This document shows positions 48,896-62,770 of a stretch of DNA of 64,000 bases, one piece after another. The DNA lies in NCBI RefSeq assembly GCF_003704095.1, contig NW_020844115.1, positions 186,001-250,000 of the forward strand, written 5' to 3'. The notes below the pieces were generated by a model. The model searched no databases. It had not been told where the DNA came from and saw only the letters and a list, made by a program, of their open reading frames with translations. The DNA is from Pocillopora damicornis. Its lineage: Eukaryota. Made by a program: the position numbers and the translations under genes. Numbering within the stretch: the first letter of the stretch is position 1; every line of letters starts with the position of its first letter.

Positions 48896-51800
48896 AATGG
48901 TCAGCTGTCTTTCAACTTCCAATGCTCAGTAGTTGTATCATTAAAATGTAAAGTGATTCAAACTTGACTCGTCTTTTGTTACTCAACAAAGTAGCTGACT
49001 TTTAAATATACGCAAGATTGACTCATTGCTTGCAAAAAGCAAATCTCTTTTTGGAAAAAGGGGGGGGGGGAGGAAAGTGATGGTGAAGGTAATGAGTAAA
49101 AAATAGAAATTTGCAAAGTTGTCTTTTTATAGACCTAAATGTTTGAAAACTTCTATCCTTTGTCCTTAAAGAACTCTGTAAATGTCCAGTAATTGTTCAA
49201 TTTACACACTATAGACACAACCAGCATGAGCTAAGTTTTAGTCTCTTGCTTAGTGGAAGCAAGAGGAAGAGCTTATGCCTCACTTTCTTTTGCCAGACCT
49301 ATAATGTTGTTTTTGCATTGCCTCTTTTTTGTTCACTTCTGCTTATTAAGACCCTGACAAGCTACACCAGCAAACTTATTAGTAGCCATTTAGTCCCAAT
49401 ACTAGTTGTTGATACTGTGTGACCAGAGAATTGTCTTGTCTTCCTGAAATGTTTGAAAGAGGTCAATTTCTAATCTTTCTTGGAAGAGTTAACCCTTTGA
49501 CCCCTGAGATACTAGTATCTAATTTCTGCTTATAATATAACCCACAATGCACATTAAGTTCATGAGAATAAAAGAAAAGATCATCCTGTTTCCTTACACT
49601 GAACTGGTTAAATCAAATGACCACCACAAACGGCATAATATCAAGCCAAGCTTTAATAACTATTCGATCTAAAAGAAATACATTTATAATTAGAAATCAG
49701 AACAAACGCAAGTCAAGCCTTAATCTCATAGCTAAATTAGAAATCTTTAATGCAAACTTACTTCTGTGGTGGGTTGTTACAACAGTCTCACTTTACAGGT
49801 TAGCAGATTCTCCAGGCGAATTTAGAAACAGAAAAAATTATAACAAAATAACTTCTTTCTCACTTTGATTCCAGTGAAAAACTGACTCGAAACATAATAA
49901 TCTAACACTTTTAAATCAATCCATGGAATTAATGATAATCACGATTCTTGCCATTAAGTAAATCTATCAACAAGAGGCAAAGCCTATTTGATAAATGAAA
50001 CACACCCTTGAAAGAAGCTCTTTATTTTTAAACAAATTCTCCTTGTCAGTATCTTCGGAAATGTATGAAGACCAGTATGGAGAATATGCATACTGATGTT
50101 GGGGTGTAAAGGGGTCGAGGGAATCTGTTAGAAGAGTAGCTGTTGAAAGAGAGAGGCATTCTATTTGTTGGATAATCCATTATCTGCTAGTCTTGTGTAG
50201 TTTATTTTAATTAGTTTCACTTCTTAAATTAGGTTGTGCAAACAATACACCATACCTTGTATTCATAGCGATGCAACAGGCTCATTTGCCTTTTTCTTAC
50301 CCAGACGCTATCAAGGTTTTCGTTGCCCCCTTTTTTGATTACCTTTACTGGCTGGGAGCAAGGTGCAGGCAACCACATGTTCATGTTTCATTTTCCAGTA
50401 CTAGTATCCAAAGTAAAAGCCCAGATTGACTGAGTCTGGTATGCAAAGTTTATGAACTTTGTTTGAAGCAACTGGTCATGCCTCAAAAAAAATTATGGAA
50501 GGACAAATGTGTCTTTTTTTTAGAATAGTTTTTGCACTGAGTCTTGGCATACAGTTAAGAAACACCTGTGGTAGAAACTTAGGAAAAAAAGTCAAATGTA
50601 AGCAATCAAACCTGCAAATTAATGTTTATGCCCTTCTCAATTATTATGCTATGAGCTATACCTGTACACTTGAAGTTGAAGCACTTAGTCCACTTTGGTT
50701 ATTCATTACCAAACATATATTTGGAAATAGTTTAAGTGTAAACCTTGTTCAAGCCTNNNNNNNNNNNNNNNNNNNNNNNNNNNNNNNNNNNNNNNNNNNN
50801 NNNNNNNNNNNNNNNNNNNNNNNNNNNNNNNNNNNNNNNNNNNNNNNNNNNNNNNNNNNNNNNNNNNNNNNNNNNNNNNNNNNNNNNNNNNNNNNNNNNN
50901 NNNNNNNNNNNNNNNNNNNNNNNNNNNNNNNNNNNNNNNNNNNNNNNNNNNNNNNNNNNNNNNNNNNNNNNNNNNNNNNNNNNNNNNNNNNNNNNNNNNN
51001 NNNNNNNNNNNNNNNNNNNNNNNNNNNNNNNNNNNNNNNNNNNNNNNNNNNNNNNNNNNNNNNNNNNNNNNNNNNNNNNNNNNNNNNNNNNNNNNNNNNN
51101 NNNNNNNNNNNNNNNNNNNNNNNNNNNNNNNNNNNNNNNNNNNNNNNNNTGTCAAAGCCTGGCATCAGAATGTTATATCTTTTTATTTGTCTTTCTCTTC
51201 CTTTCTTTAAAAACTACATTTTCAATTAGCAGTGTCATTAGTAGTTACTTGACCAAGCAAAATTATGATTCAACTTCTTCCCTTTAAGAGGGCTGACTAA
51301 GTGTGCAGATAAGTGGATTTGCCTTGAACACCATGGATTGGGAATATGCATGAAATAAAATTTAACAGATTTGCGGGTATTAAAATCACAAAGGATTGCA
51401 GAGACTGAAAACTTTTCGCCTAAATTCAAAATTATGATAATATGGGTCCAAGATTAAGTATTAAATTACCACAGTTGGTGGATATACATACTCTTTTCAC
51501 CCTCCTTTAAAGCAGGTCTTAAGCAAACTTGTGTTATTTTTTATTGTTCTGATTCTAAGTATTTCTGTGTATTTTTTTACTTAATACCAATAACAGTAAA
51601 AAAGAAAACAACAAAAGCACAACCTCAGCTGCAAAGAGAAGGTACAAATTAAAAAAGGTTAAGGAGAACAATAACTCTGCTACTAAATTTACAAAATTTA
51701 CTAGATTTCTTAGCTATCATCTAAATTACAATATTAAATTATCAAATTTCTTGCAGTATGAGAACAGCAAATACAACAACAAAATATACAGGTTAAAAAT

Positions 51801-51912
51801 GCTGCCTTCCCATGCTATGTGTATGTTTCATGAAGGGGTCTGTCCTATTCGTGAAATTCTATGATGAACACCAGTTGTAATTTATTCCTAATCATTCATT
51901 CCTCAAACATTT

Positions 51913-54900
51913 TTAAAGATGACTTTTACAGCTCTGCCCAAGATTCTTCATGAAAAACTCCCTTATTTTCTGCCAAGAGTTCTCTTGAGCTTTTGCATGG
52001 TCATGTGTATTTCCTCCCCACACAAAGTTTGCCTTAAGACCCTTGTGGTAGGATGCAAAACAATGTGGTGCATATGGAGGTTCAATTAGGTGACCTGTGC
52101 CCGGATAACTCAACACAGAACACAAATCACCCTTGCTGCAGGAATTCATCCGCGTACAAATTTCTTGTGCCATTTCAACTGCTGCCAAATCTAGATCATC
52201 TTCTCCACAAATGATCAACATGGGACAATCAATTTTCTCCACTGGGATCACGCAGGAAGGTTCAAATTGGTTAAAATCATCAACTGGGATGCAGTCTCGC
52301 AAGATTAATGCCCCATCTGAGGTCATAGTAGCTTTCGAGCTATCATAGTACGTCCCTGATAACTGACCCCTGACCTTAAATGCCGAGGCTGAGATTACTA
52401 AAGAAGTAGAAATTGGCACAATTGCTTTCACAATATCTGTTCTGTTTGCAGCCATCATTAAAGTTATTTCTGCTCCTTTTGACACACCCATGACACCAAT
52501 TCCTTGTTGTACAACAGCAGGATGTTTCACAAGCCAGTCAGCTGCTTCCTCAAAGTATTCCAGCTCACAGAATGGAAGATACTTTGGTAGGTCATCATAT
52601 GCAAAATATGCCAGCGAGAGGACGGCAAACCCATGTGATGCCAGAAGGGAGGCTTTGAATTCTATCAAGCCTCCTGCTGTTCCAAACATATCAATGACTC
52701 CTAATTAACAAAAAACAAAGTAGAGTTAGTGTCTACTCTCCTTGTTCATTTGCAAGTAGCTTAGGATCAGAAAAAATCTGGTTGTTTGAAAAGCTAGCCT
52801 ACAGTCCCATACAAATGAAAATGGGAATATCCCCTATTCCTTTTAAAATAAAGTGGCTTTGACTTAACCTGTGACCCTAAAATCCCTAAGAGTGACTAGC
52901 ATCTTATTTCTCCTCACAAAAGCAGCCTTGAATCACACCTTAAGGCCACAAGAATAAGGAAAATCATCACTAACAGAAGAAATCCCTGAATGTTCGACAG
53001 ATTCACCCTGTTTGCACACTAGCAAATGTATAGAGAACAGTACGGAGAATATGCATACTGATATTGAGGTGTAAAGGATAAACGAGCTGGAATAACAAAG
53101 AGTTTATCTTGTACATAGGCACAACCCCAAATTATAGAAAGAATAGGCAAATAAACATTGAGGATTGTGAGGGATGAGTGCATTTAAAATGGTTGCAAAG
53201 CACTGGCTTAACATTTTTCAAAATGTAAAAGCTATGACAAGACCACTTTTCTTCATCAAAGACACTGACCTGGGAATGTTCCACTTCCTGGAGGTAGGAA
53301 CAAAGTTCCACGTATCCTCCCTTCTCTTACAGGAATTCTCTTTACTCCTTCAGCCATGTACCACTTCTCTAATACTGAGCTCACAATTGGCTGCAAACTG
53401 TTTCTTGCTAAACAATTCACAAATCCATCCTTTGGAGACAGATGTCCATCAAAGCAGTTCAGTTGAATTGAGTAAGGTTTTGTGACATCTTTCTTTGCAA
53501 GTCTCAGTCCTTTTCTCTGACCAGGAGCCTGTGTCATGCTCCACAGGAATCCCATTTGTTCAATGCCAACATAGGAACCACCATGTGAAGCATCAGTTGA
53601 GTTATCAATTTTTCCTTAGGAATAAAATTAAAGTGGTCCAAGAATTTTTAGACAGATAAGTTCTGATGCAATAGTAGAGCTTCAAGTAAGTCAAGATGCC
53701 AGTAAAAAATAGTGCAAAGGAAAAATTAACTGAGTCACATACTGAATACTCTAGATTGGTAATAAACCTTTCATTCTTGTTAAAGTGGCAAACTCACATA
53801 TTACTAATGTACAATTTTCAGTTGAGTGAGACATGATCTAAGGAAGTTTAGTAACCTTGTTTTAACATCAAAACTGAGTTGTTGTGACAGGTAACTGGCT
53901 CTGTTTCCAGTGAAAACGTGTTGTTTGACTTCTTTAAGAGTGCTTTTACATTTGTCAGTTGGTGACTCATGACTCTTCCAGATCAGTTACCACTGGAGAC
54001 GAGTTTTAAGGTCAAAAGCCCATCACCAAACTTTTTCTGCACCTCACTGTACTGATAATTGTAATAGTACATTGTCTTCAGTTAGTTTACATAAAGCAAC
54101 AAACTGCATCTTCCTCTAGTTTATTAACAGAACAACCAACTTCAGATGTTTGTGCAACACTTGAAAGCCAAACTGAAGGCTAGTGATTTACTCCTCTTTG
54201 CAACATCCAGAGAGGGTTTAAGTTGTTGATGCCAAATGGCACTATTCTGAAGCTGTTATTCTTGTAAAACTGAACTTGTTCTCCACATGTCTGGCAAATA
54301 CCTAGNNNNNNNNNNNNAAAAAAATTGTATCAGCTGCCAAAATTTGAAATTTTAATGTAAGGAGAATATAATTCTTTTCAAACATTTAAAGTTTTAAGAA
54401 GGGGATAAGTTTCCAGAGAAACTGTGGTAATGCGCTGGTGTGAAGGACAAGATAATTTGGTTTTATCATCTCAGATGAAAAATGTAAATTGGCCGCCGTA
54501 AAGAGTTTTTAAGCGGACTTTTCGAACGTTCACCCTTCATTACAGCGAATGGATTTGGGTAAAGTTAAGGTTAGGGATTCGCTCTGACGAAGGACTAGCT
54601 GAAGTACACTTACAAAATACCATATATTTGTCATGTTTGTCTGTCAACCACTTGAAAAGGAATCTTTCCCACACTTCAAGTGCATATAGCATATTTCTTA
54701 CCGTCTTTGTCAGCCACATAATGTGCATGAGATTCGAATATTTCATTCGCATCACCCACAACGGAGGCATGTAATGTAACAGCTTGGCCAGCTTCAAGTC
54801 CAGATAAGCATATCTTGACCTTACGGTCCATAAGTGACACACGAGGATTAACGTGGATGTTTGGAGTCACGCCAGGATTCGACATTACCGAAATACAGCG

Positions 54901-54984
54901 TTGAATTACCTTGCTGCAAGTTTTAAACTTCCTAAAGAAAAGAGAATATCCAACGAGCTGTAAATGACCAGGGGAAGAAATCAT
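51913..54984 (-). CDS. Type I acyl-CoA thioesterase / BAAT-family protein (copy A). Exons 54984-54702, 53614-53270, 52700-51913; C-terminal SHL (PTS1)
   Basis: GVSKG nucleophile, GEDD and GTGH triad, RGTLFLPPG and GGLIEFKASLLASHGF; spliced in frame. Confidence 0.93.
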
Positions 54985-55133
54985 CACTTCCCCTTGAATT
55001 TCCTAATGATGGCACTGTCGGCTGTAGCCAGGTGCTGCGGTCAGCAGGCATAGGATGAATAGGAATATGTTGTTTATGCTGCATGGAAATATTTGCTTTC
55101 ATTTTTCTCACAAGTCATTCGCATCACCCACAA

Positions 55134-55810
55134 CGAGGGGGTATTGGGGCTTATTAGAAACCGCAAAACCGCATCCAAAACCTAAATACAAACAAAAAAA
55201 TTCGATCAAAACCGGAAAACCGCATGCAAAACTGTCAAACCGATACATTTTCTCATCCTTGCTATTAAAACCCGGATCGATCCGATACAGCGGTGACAGG
55301 TGAAGCATACAGAGTAAACTACACCAATTTCATTACAGGATTTATGAATGCCATGGACTTGGCATTCGTATCTTCTGTATCTGCTTAAATTAACAGCTGC
55401 TCTTTCGACGACCTCAAGCGTGGTCTCTACGGACTCAGCAGCTGGTAATGGAGCCTAGTCAAATTAAGGAAATTCGCCCTAAAGTCCTCTATAGGATTGC
55501 AATTTTGCAGTCGCAAAAGCTATAGCTCTGGAAAGGTTCATCGAAAATCCATTTGCGAACTAAGACCTGAAATTTTGGAGATTCTATTGGAATATTGAAT
55601 CAATCAGTCACGTGTGGCCTGTACCTTGATCACCAACTTCGTGGTGGCGTTGATGAAGAAACCCTGGCAATGTTCCGTGCTTAGCCCTGCAATATTTCAG
55701 TTGGTTTGTCACGCATTCGTCTCGATAATGTTTGCGTTTAGCTGCTATTCGAGGTCAATGGAGGCGCGTAATTGCCGCTCAGATCGAAGAAAAACCGGAA
55801 CCCGCAAATA
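55134..55810 (+). mobile_element. Non-autonomous DNA-transposon-like repeat (gagggggtattggggcttattagaaaccgcaaaacc...); an inverted related copy lies at about 61300-61665
   Basis: The terminal sequence matches the reverse complement of 61550-61665. Confidence 0.55.
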
Positions 55811-57042
55811 GGTCAAATAGGGAAAAAAATCTTTGGTCTTAATAACGCATCACGGGTCCGCGCCACGTAGAAACCCTTTGCTCCAAGAAGGGAAGTCGCG
55901 CGACACGGTAAGAATATTTGAATTCACGGATGCATCTCATGACAAAAGCTGAAGAGTTATGAGGGTCTCGAAGAGGTTTTTTCGGGATTCGGGATTAGGC
56001 TTATTTAAAATCCGAGATCCGGGAATTTAAAGTAAGAAGGGAGCGAGATGCGGGATTGCTATTATGAACGGGATACGGGAATCGGCGATTGTCCAATAGT
56101 TACAAACTTTGTTAGTCCGCTCCACGAACTTTTTTTCTTGCGCAGGACATAATTGTCCCAATTACGTTCCCTTGGGGTCAAAATCATTTTGTTCATATTC
56201 ATATACTCACGAAGATATTCGAGAGTTTGAAAGTAATCACTCTCTAGAATACTGTCACGAGGTCCGAATTGGGAAACAAATGTGCATGCTAACAAAGTCT
56301 ATTCAGGCGAAGAAAGACAAAAAATGTATATCCGAGCCTGCAAATTGTTCGAGCCACAAGTAAGTAGGCTCCCCGTCTAGGTTTGTAATTTTCATTTATG
56401 ACTTGTTAACTCTATCACTGATCAGACATGAATAACGTTATCACATTTTCCAAAATCTCTTGCACTTAAAGAGTCTGAGCCAGTGATACATGGAGGCGTA
56501 TTGGTCAGCGTTCTGATGCCAAGTGTTCATAAGTGTAGTGGTGTGACGGTGTGTTAGGACATTAATATACCAAAGGTTCCAAACCTCGATATTTTATTAC
56601 AATAAATAACGGATGAAGGTTATGACAAAAACCATGGATATGGATCGGAGATTCGAAATCTGTAAAGTAATGCGTTAACAAATTAGTTTCAGTTCATATC
56701 GATAATATCAAAAGAAATCAAGATAAATATTTACCCATTGGTTCTAGGTGTCCATAGCACTGTCTAGCGATAGAAAATCTTAACAATTATATCTGTTACG
56801 TCATCAAATTATAATGCGCAAAGAAATTAGAATTTTGCGCAATACAAGTGGTTTGCAGCCAATACTTATCGACTGCAGTCTAGTAAATAAAAAAAGACGC
56901 TGATTAATATCAGCGAGTCCGCGATGTGACATGAATATTGGTCGGAGGATTTTTTGGTGCAACAGCTGTCACTTTAACATCTAAATGTGGATGTTCGCTA
57001 TGCAACAATGCACTGGTGGAGTTAAATGATTGCTTTGAAGGC

Positions 57043-57160
57043 TTATTACGTTTAGGACCAAATATTATTACATTTAGGACTTAATTACATCTAGAACCAA
57101 ATGTTATTACATTTAGGACTTTATTACATTTAAGACAGTTATTACATTTAGGCCTTCAAC
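57043..57160 (+). repeat. Minisatellite (ttattacatttaggac)n, about 6 copies
   Basis: Directly visible tandem repeat. Confidence 0.8.
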
Positions 57161-57606
57161 AGGTATGTGGTATGTGCTAAACAGAGTACATCTGCTGATT
57201 CTCTTTTGTACGCCTATTTCTTAATCAGAACAGAAAGTTGCGGTTTAGTACATCCATATTGCCCGATATAATTTTAAACTTTTCCAGAGGGTAGGATGAA
57301 ATGACGAGCCTTGCATTTTAGTTGCTTTTAAATGTTCTAAATCATCAGTTATCGACACCTAATGACTCTACACATTTACGAATTGCTCAACTTTTTTTTC
57401 CTCGAAAAAAGAAACTCTTGTACTGCGTCGGCAGGCGTATGAAACAATAAATCGATAATCGACAAGACATTATAATCTCTTGTTAGCGATCTTTCGTTAA
57501 TTAAACATCGCTACGGCGGTGTAGAGTTGATAATCAATCGAATGAAATCAGGTTTCAGCGTCCATGCAAATTGGCCCAGAATCCACCTAGAGAACTAAAT
57601 GTTGAA

Positions 57607-59008
57607 CTACAAACGACTTTTCTTATTCTTCAATGACAGGTTATTGGCGAAGAAGTTTAAGATATGTTTCCAGGAATCTTCTTGGGCGAATGCTTGTTGT
57701 CGTGGTTCACCGCCCCATTCCACACACATCCCAAACGACTTATGATAGGAAAGATGACACGTGGGTGTGTAAGGAGGCTCAATCAGATGTCCCGTTCCGG
57801 GATAAGTATGGATTGTACAACGCGATCCTTTTCCGTATTTATGCAATCTGAAACGGATTTTGCGTGCCATTTCCTGTGCCCTCCAATTCTGGTCATCAGC
57901 CCCGCATATAAGCAATATATCCCCCTGAATTTTCTCGACTGCGATGGTAGCGGCACGTCTCGGACCATCAGTCGCATCCGGCGGGTATGATTCTTTAAAG
58001 ATCATAGCTCCATTTTCTGACAGCTTGACGAGATCCGGTTCAAATTTAAGGAAGGCCAACGGCTCTCCTTTATATTTCAGCGGAAAAGCTATGAGAGCAT
58101 GCGCAGGAGAGATACCCACAACCGCAGTTACTTCTTTCCGATGTGTTGCTAAAATAAGAGCTAACTCCGAACCTTTAGAAACGCCCATCACTCCCAGACC
58201 ACAGGACATGACGTCAGGATGCGCCAGCATCCAATCACAGGCCTCGAAGAAGTACTCCAACTCAAGTTCTGTTGGTACCTTTGGCAAGTCATCGTACGCG
58301 AAGTAGGCCAGGGCTAGGGCTACAAAGCCATGAGAGGCCAAAAGGGAGGCCTTGAACTCTACTAAACCTCCAATCGTGCCGAACAAGTCAATGATACCTA
58401 GAAAGATAGAGAAAGAGAGAGCAAGAGAGGGTGACAGGGTATTATGGTATCCCCCGCAACCGTTTTCATTATTGCTACACGAACTGGCAGGAGGATGTAT
58501 ACAAAACAATTTCTTGCAACTCCCACTTCCCCTCCCCCCCGCCCTTCTTTCGTGGAAACTTGACTGTTGGAATAAGTCGGTTAAGTCGGGCAGCGAATGT
58601 TTTTTCTGTAACCCGTCAGTCATATTCACTTTTATGAAAGAGCCATCTGCACCGATTAAACATCAGAATTCTTCCTGGTACCACGCAAAATTAAGAAGCA
58701 ATTTCTATCTCTAACATGCGAACAGCGCTATCTCTGTATCATAGGACGATCATTTGTTGGAAGCATAAAATTTACCTGACCCTCTCTTGGTGTAAGTCGT
58801 TGAGACCCGAGTCTTTTTTTCGATTCTGTTTAATTGCCACCTAGTTACGATGACCTTTCGTAACGTAACTTTGTGGGTATGATGTCCTATGAAGCCATCG
58901 TTTTAATATGTCACGCAACGATCCTTTCCCTAAGAGCTGTGTAATGCCCTAAAGAAGGCCTACGCGGGAATTCCTTTTAAAGATCTTTCTTAGAAGATAG
59001 AGAAGGCT

Positions 59009-59043
<35 letters not shown>

Positions 59044-59753
59044 AAAACATAAACAGGCAGTCTCTTCAACTCACCAGGGAACGGTCCTTTTCCAGGAGGT
59101 AAAAACAAAGTACCTCGCAACCTTCCATTCCTAACAGGAATTCTTCGCACACCACATGTCATGTAACACCTCTCAAGTGTCAAGCTACGGATCGGCTGCA
59201 GTTCCTTCACTTCTTTGCAGGCAAAATCCTCAACATGGCCATTAAATAAGTGGAGGTGAACGTAATAAGGTTTTGTGACGTCTTTCTTGCTTAGCCGTTG
59301 CCCTTTCCTCTGTCCAGGTAAAAGTTTCATGCTCCACAGTAGACCCATAGAATCGACACCGGTGTATGTTCCCGATAACGATGGAGTTTCCGCAATACAA
59401 ACCCTTCCTGCTCCATCCGCGATAAAATGGCCGTAAGATTCGAATTCTTCTTTGGAATCTCCAGTTAGTTTTGCCTTCAATGTTATGCGCTGTCTTGGAG
59501 TGAGACCTCTAACGACGATGCTGATCTTTTCATCGATTAAAGATCGCATGGGGTACACAACTAAATCGGGATTGAGTTGCGATTGACAGTCGGTAATGTT
59601 TGAGTCAAAAGCATCCGAATCAACAGTCTGAGTGATAATTTCCGGCTGGTTTGAAGTTTCTAAACTATTCAAGCTTTCCATGACGTTTGGTTCATTCCTT
59701 TGAGATATTAGAGGGTGAAATCGAGGAAAAAATGATTGTGAAAGTTTTGTCAT
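57607..59753 (-). CDS. Type I acyl-CoA thioesterase / BAAT-family protein (copy B). Exons 59753-59075, 58397-57607; C-terminal SRL (PTS1)
   Basis: GVSKG, GADD and GTGH; RGTLFLPPGKGPFP|GIIDLFG splice; paralogous to copy A. Confidence 0.93.
59010..59043 (+). repeat. (AAC)n microsatellite
   Basis: aacaacaac... in the ACOT-B intron. Confidence 0.9.
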
Positions 59754-60837
59754 ATGACTAACACGAGACTTCGAAGTGGATGCAAGTTTTTGCAACTACG
59801 TCACGGTCGATATTGAAACCGAATATCTTCCGATACACAAATGATAGACAGTCGATAATCGGTAATCAATCAATCTTTGAAAAGCGTATCGCTCAAATAT
59901 CGGAAGTTTGAACAATAAGCCGTTTTGTTTCCGTTTATTCAAACGGGAGAAGCGTGACCAAGGAAGGTGTGAGCAGCGTAAGGGCATGGGGCAAAAATAA
60001 AAGCAATAGGCGAAGAAGGAAGAGAAAGGACGAATTATTTGGGACTATTCATTGTTTATGGCGAGGAGGGAAATATTTAGGGGGNNNNNNNNNNNNNNNN
60101 NNNNNNNNNNNNNNNNNNNNNNNNNNNNNNNNNNNNNNNNNNNNNNNNNNNNNNNNNNNNNNNNNNNNNNNNNNNNNNNNNNNNNNNNNNNNNNNNNNNN
60201 NNNNNNNNNNNNNNNNNNNNNNNNNNNNNNNNNNNNNNNNNNNNNNNNNNNNNNNNNNNNNNNNNNNNNNNNNNNNNNNNNNNNNNNNNNNAAAATCCAG
60301 CACCCGGCAGCTAATGGAAATAATATAACGACTGTATATTGAAGAAAGTAACCGAATGTGAAAAGTTATTTATTACTCAAGCACGTGGTACTGAGATGAA
60401 ACGATGAGCCAAAACGAAAAGAAATGAAAACACACACAGATAAACAAAACGGAGATTTCCATTAAGGAATCATTAACTATGTTCAATGTGGCGAAGAGAA
60501 ATGGCAGTTATTTCTTATTTCTAATTTATTTTTATCTCTTTACTTTTGTGGAAAGAACCCGCAAAACTGTCAGAGAGTAACCAGGTGTTGGTGTTTTTAA
60601 ATCTGCCTAAGATGCTCATAACAACTCTCCCTACTGTCTACCATAAGATCCATTAAATGATGCTTGTAAGTATTTATTGAAAAATAAAACAGTTCTACTC
60701 ATCACTTTGTCGTCTGATTCTGTATTGATCGGGATGACTCAGGCCCCTTTGAGAGAATCAGAGGGGCCCTGGGGTCGATGCTGGCGCGCGAGGGTCATCT
60801 TGGTATATTGCAGAATATTCAACATGGCGGCGAAGGC

Positions 60838-62770
60838 ATGCTTCGAGCTGTAGCGACTTTGAGATCAATTTTTTTGACAGTCATGGTAAATCTTACAACT
60901 GTTGCTCGGGCGAGGAAACCTACTATTATTTATGGATTCAAAAGAGGCAAGGTTCCGGCGAAACTTCGTCCAAATATACTTCCCAAACCTCAAGTACCTG
61001 GAGGTATACTTAAGTTGCACAAAGTCAAGCGATGACGATCTTTTTGAGCTGTTTGGAAATTTTTTCACTCTACTAGTGATAATAATTTTCATTATTTGAT
61101 ATTTTTATGTTTTAGAGGGAAGTTGTATGAATGAGATGTACAAGCTTATGGCATGCTGGAAAAGCAACGGATTTATCGACACCCACTGCCAAGAAGAAAT
61201 CAATTTATTTCTCGACTGTGCTTCTAATCAGGTATTTTTAATGACTGTCTTGGTTTTAAAAATGACAACTTGCTTTACAAGCCTTTCAAACTAGTGTTTA
61301 TTGTGGTTTGGGAATTTTCCATTTTTTTTTTGGCATTTGATTTTTGGTTTTCAGATTTGGTTTCGATGTGGTTTTCCGTTTTTCGTATGTGGGTACCACT
61401 TTCTTTTCGATCTGAGCAGCACTGATCTCAAATAGCTGCAAACTGATCTCAAATAGCTGTAAACTGATCTCAAATAGCTGTGGAACCTCTCTATCCTCCA
61501 CTTGTCTCTGCTGGAGATCAAGTAGGAATTTGATAGTTGAGATGTCAAAATTTATTGGTTTTGCATGCGGTTTTTGATATTGATCCAATTTTTTTCCGGT
61601 TTTTCGTTTTTGGATGATTTTTTTTATGGTTTTGTGGTTTCTAATAGACCCCAATACCTCCCTCAACATGTATCCTGACATTTGGATTGCATACTGGTGG
61701 TCATTGTCAGGTGACAAGTTTGACTGGATACAGTTTACATGCAGGCAAGAATGCAATAACCTTCTCACTAGTGCCTCTCTCTAATTGTGTGGCTTAGGAG
61801 CTCAGTTGGTAGTAGAACTTAGCTAGTATCTGGAAGGCACTAGTTCAAATCCGGTTGAAGCCTGAATTTCTCAGGCCTCTTTTCTGCAATTGCTTGCAAC
61901 CACAACAATTTCTTTGCTTGCAATACATGACTGTGGCAACATTTGGTTTCATGCTATGCTTACTTTTCACAGAGGTCAATACAAATGTGTAGGTGGGGCA
62001 TAGACAGGATGTATCAAATTGTATCACAACCAGATTGCATGCATTGATCATTAGAAAAGTTTGCACAGGTATAAATTGGCCCAAGCTATTGTCATGGTCT
62101 GACTTCAACCCTCTCCTTTTCCATATTGATTTGCTAAGCCATCTGATTCAAATAATTGCAAACAATAGAAGAATAACAAGCATTAGAATTCACTGAACAC
62201 TTTACACCCTAACATCAATATTCATTTTCTTCACAATGCTCTCTATACATCTCTTAAGGGACTGATAAATCTGAGTAACAATCAAGTACGTCTTGATTGT
62301 ATTTTTTCCTTTATTCCCCAGACCTTTGCAGTTGTTTCAAAGGTGATAATGTGGGGGGAAATTAGAAGCCAGTCACTCTTAGGGGTTAAAGGGTTGAAAT
62401 AAGAGAGACCTTGGGTTTAAAAATATCAAATAGGTAAGCTAGAGGCCCTCAGTTTTACACTTTTAAAAACTAAAATCTAAACAAACACTTTGACATTTTA
62501 GATTTGAAAGGTTTAAGAATTGAAGCCAGAAGTTTTCATTCTTTAGTGATTTTAACCAGAGAATTCTTTAATTTTAATTGTTGTTGTTAGTTTCTGTATA
62601 GCATTGTATGTTTTAATTTCTGTTTCTGTTGTTTGCAGATGGGCACAAGAAAATCTTCCTCTGCCTGGACCCTAGATGAAATAAATGCTACACTAAAGAG
62701 ACACACTCCCTATGTGAAGAAAAGACAGAGTCATGAGTCGGACTCCTATATTGTGGAAGAAAGACACTAG
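60838..62770 (+). CDS. CHCHD1: Twin-CX9C protein CHCHD1 / mitochondrial ribosomal protein mS37. Exons 60838 (or 60883)-61003, 61116-61231, 62639-62770
   Basis: CMNEMYKLMACWKSNGFIDTHCQEEINLFLDC matches the CHCHD1 pattern CxxEMxxxxACWKxNxFxDxxCxxEIxxFLDC; splice phases are compatible. Confidence 0.85.
61421..61481 (+). repeat. 21-bp tandem repeat x3 (actgatctcaaatagctgyaa)
   Basis: Directly visible, inside an intronic repeat element. Confidence 0.8.

Noticed and set aside
50459-51287. Long ORFs spanning N-gaps (also 1318-1890, 40592-40874, 59954-60342)
   Set aside because: Artefacts of the N runs.
57607-58629. 340-aa ORF read as a complete gene, and the poly-Cys end of ORF 59007-59795
   Set aside because: The extensions are intron read-through; the poly-Cys run is the (AAC)n microsatellite.
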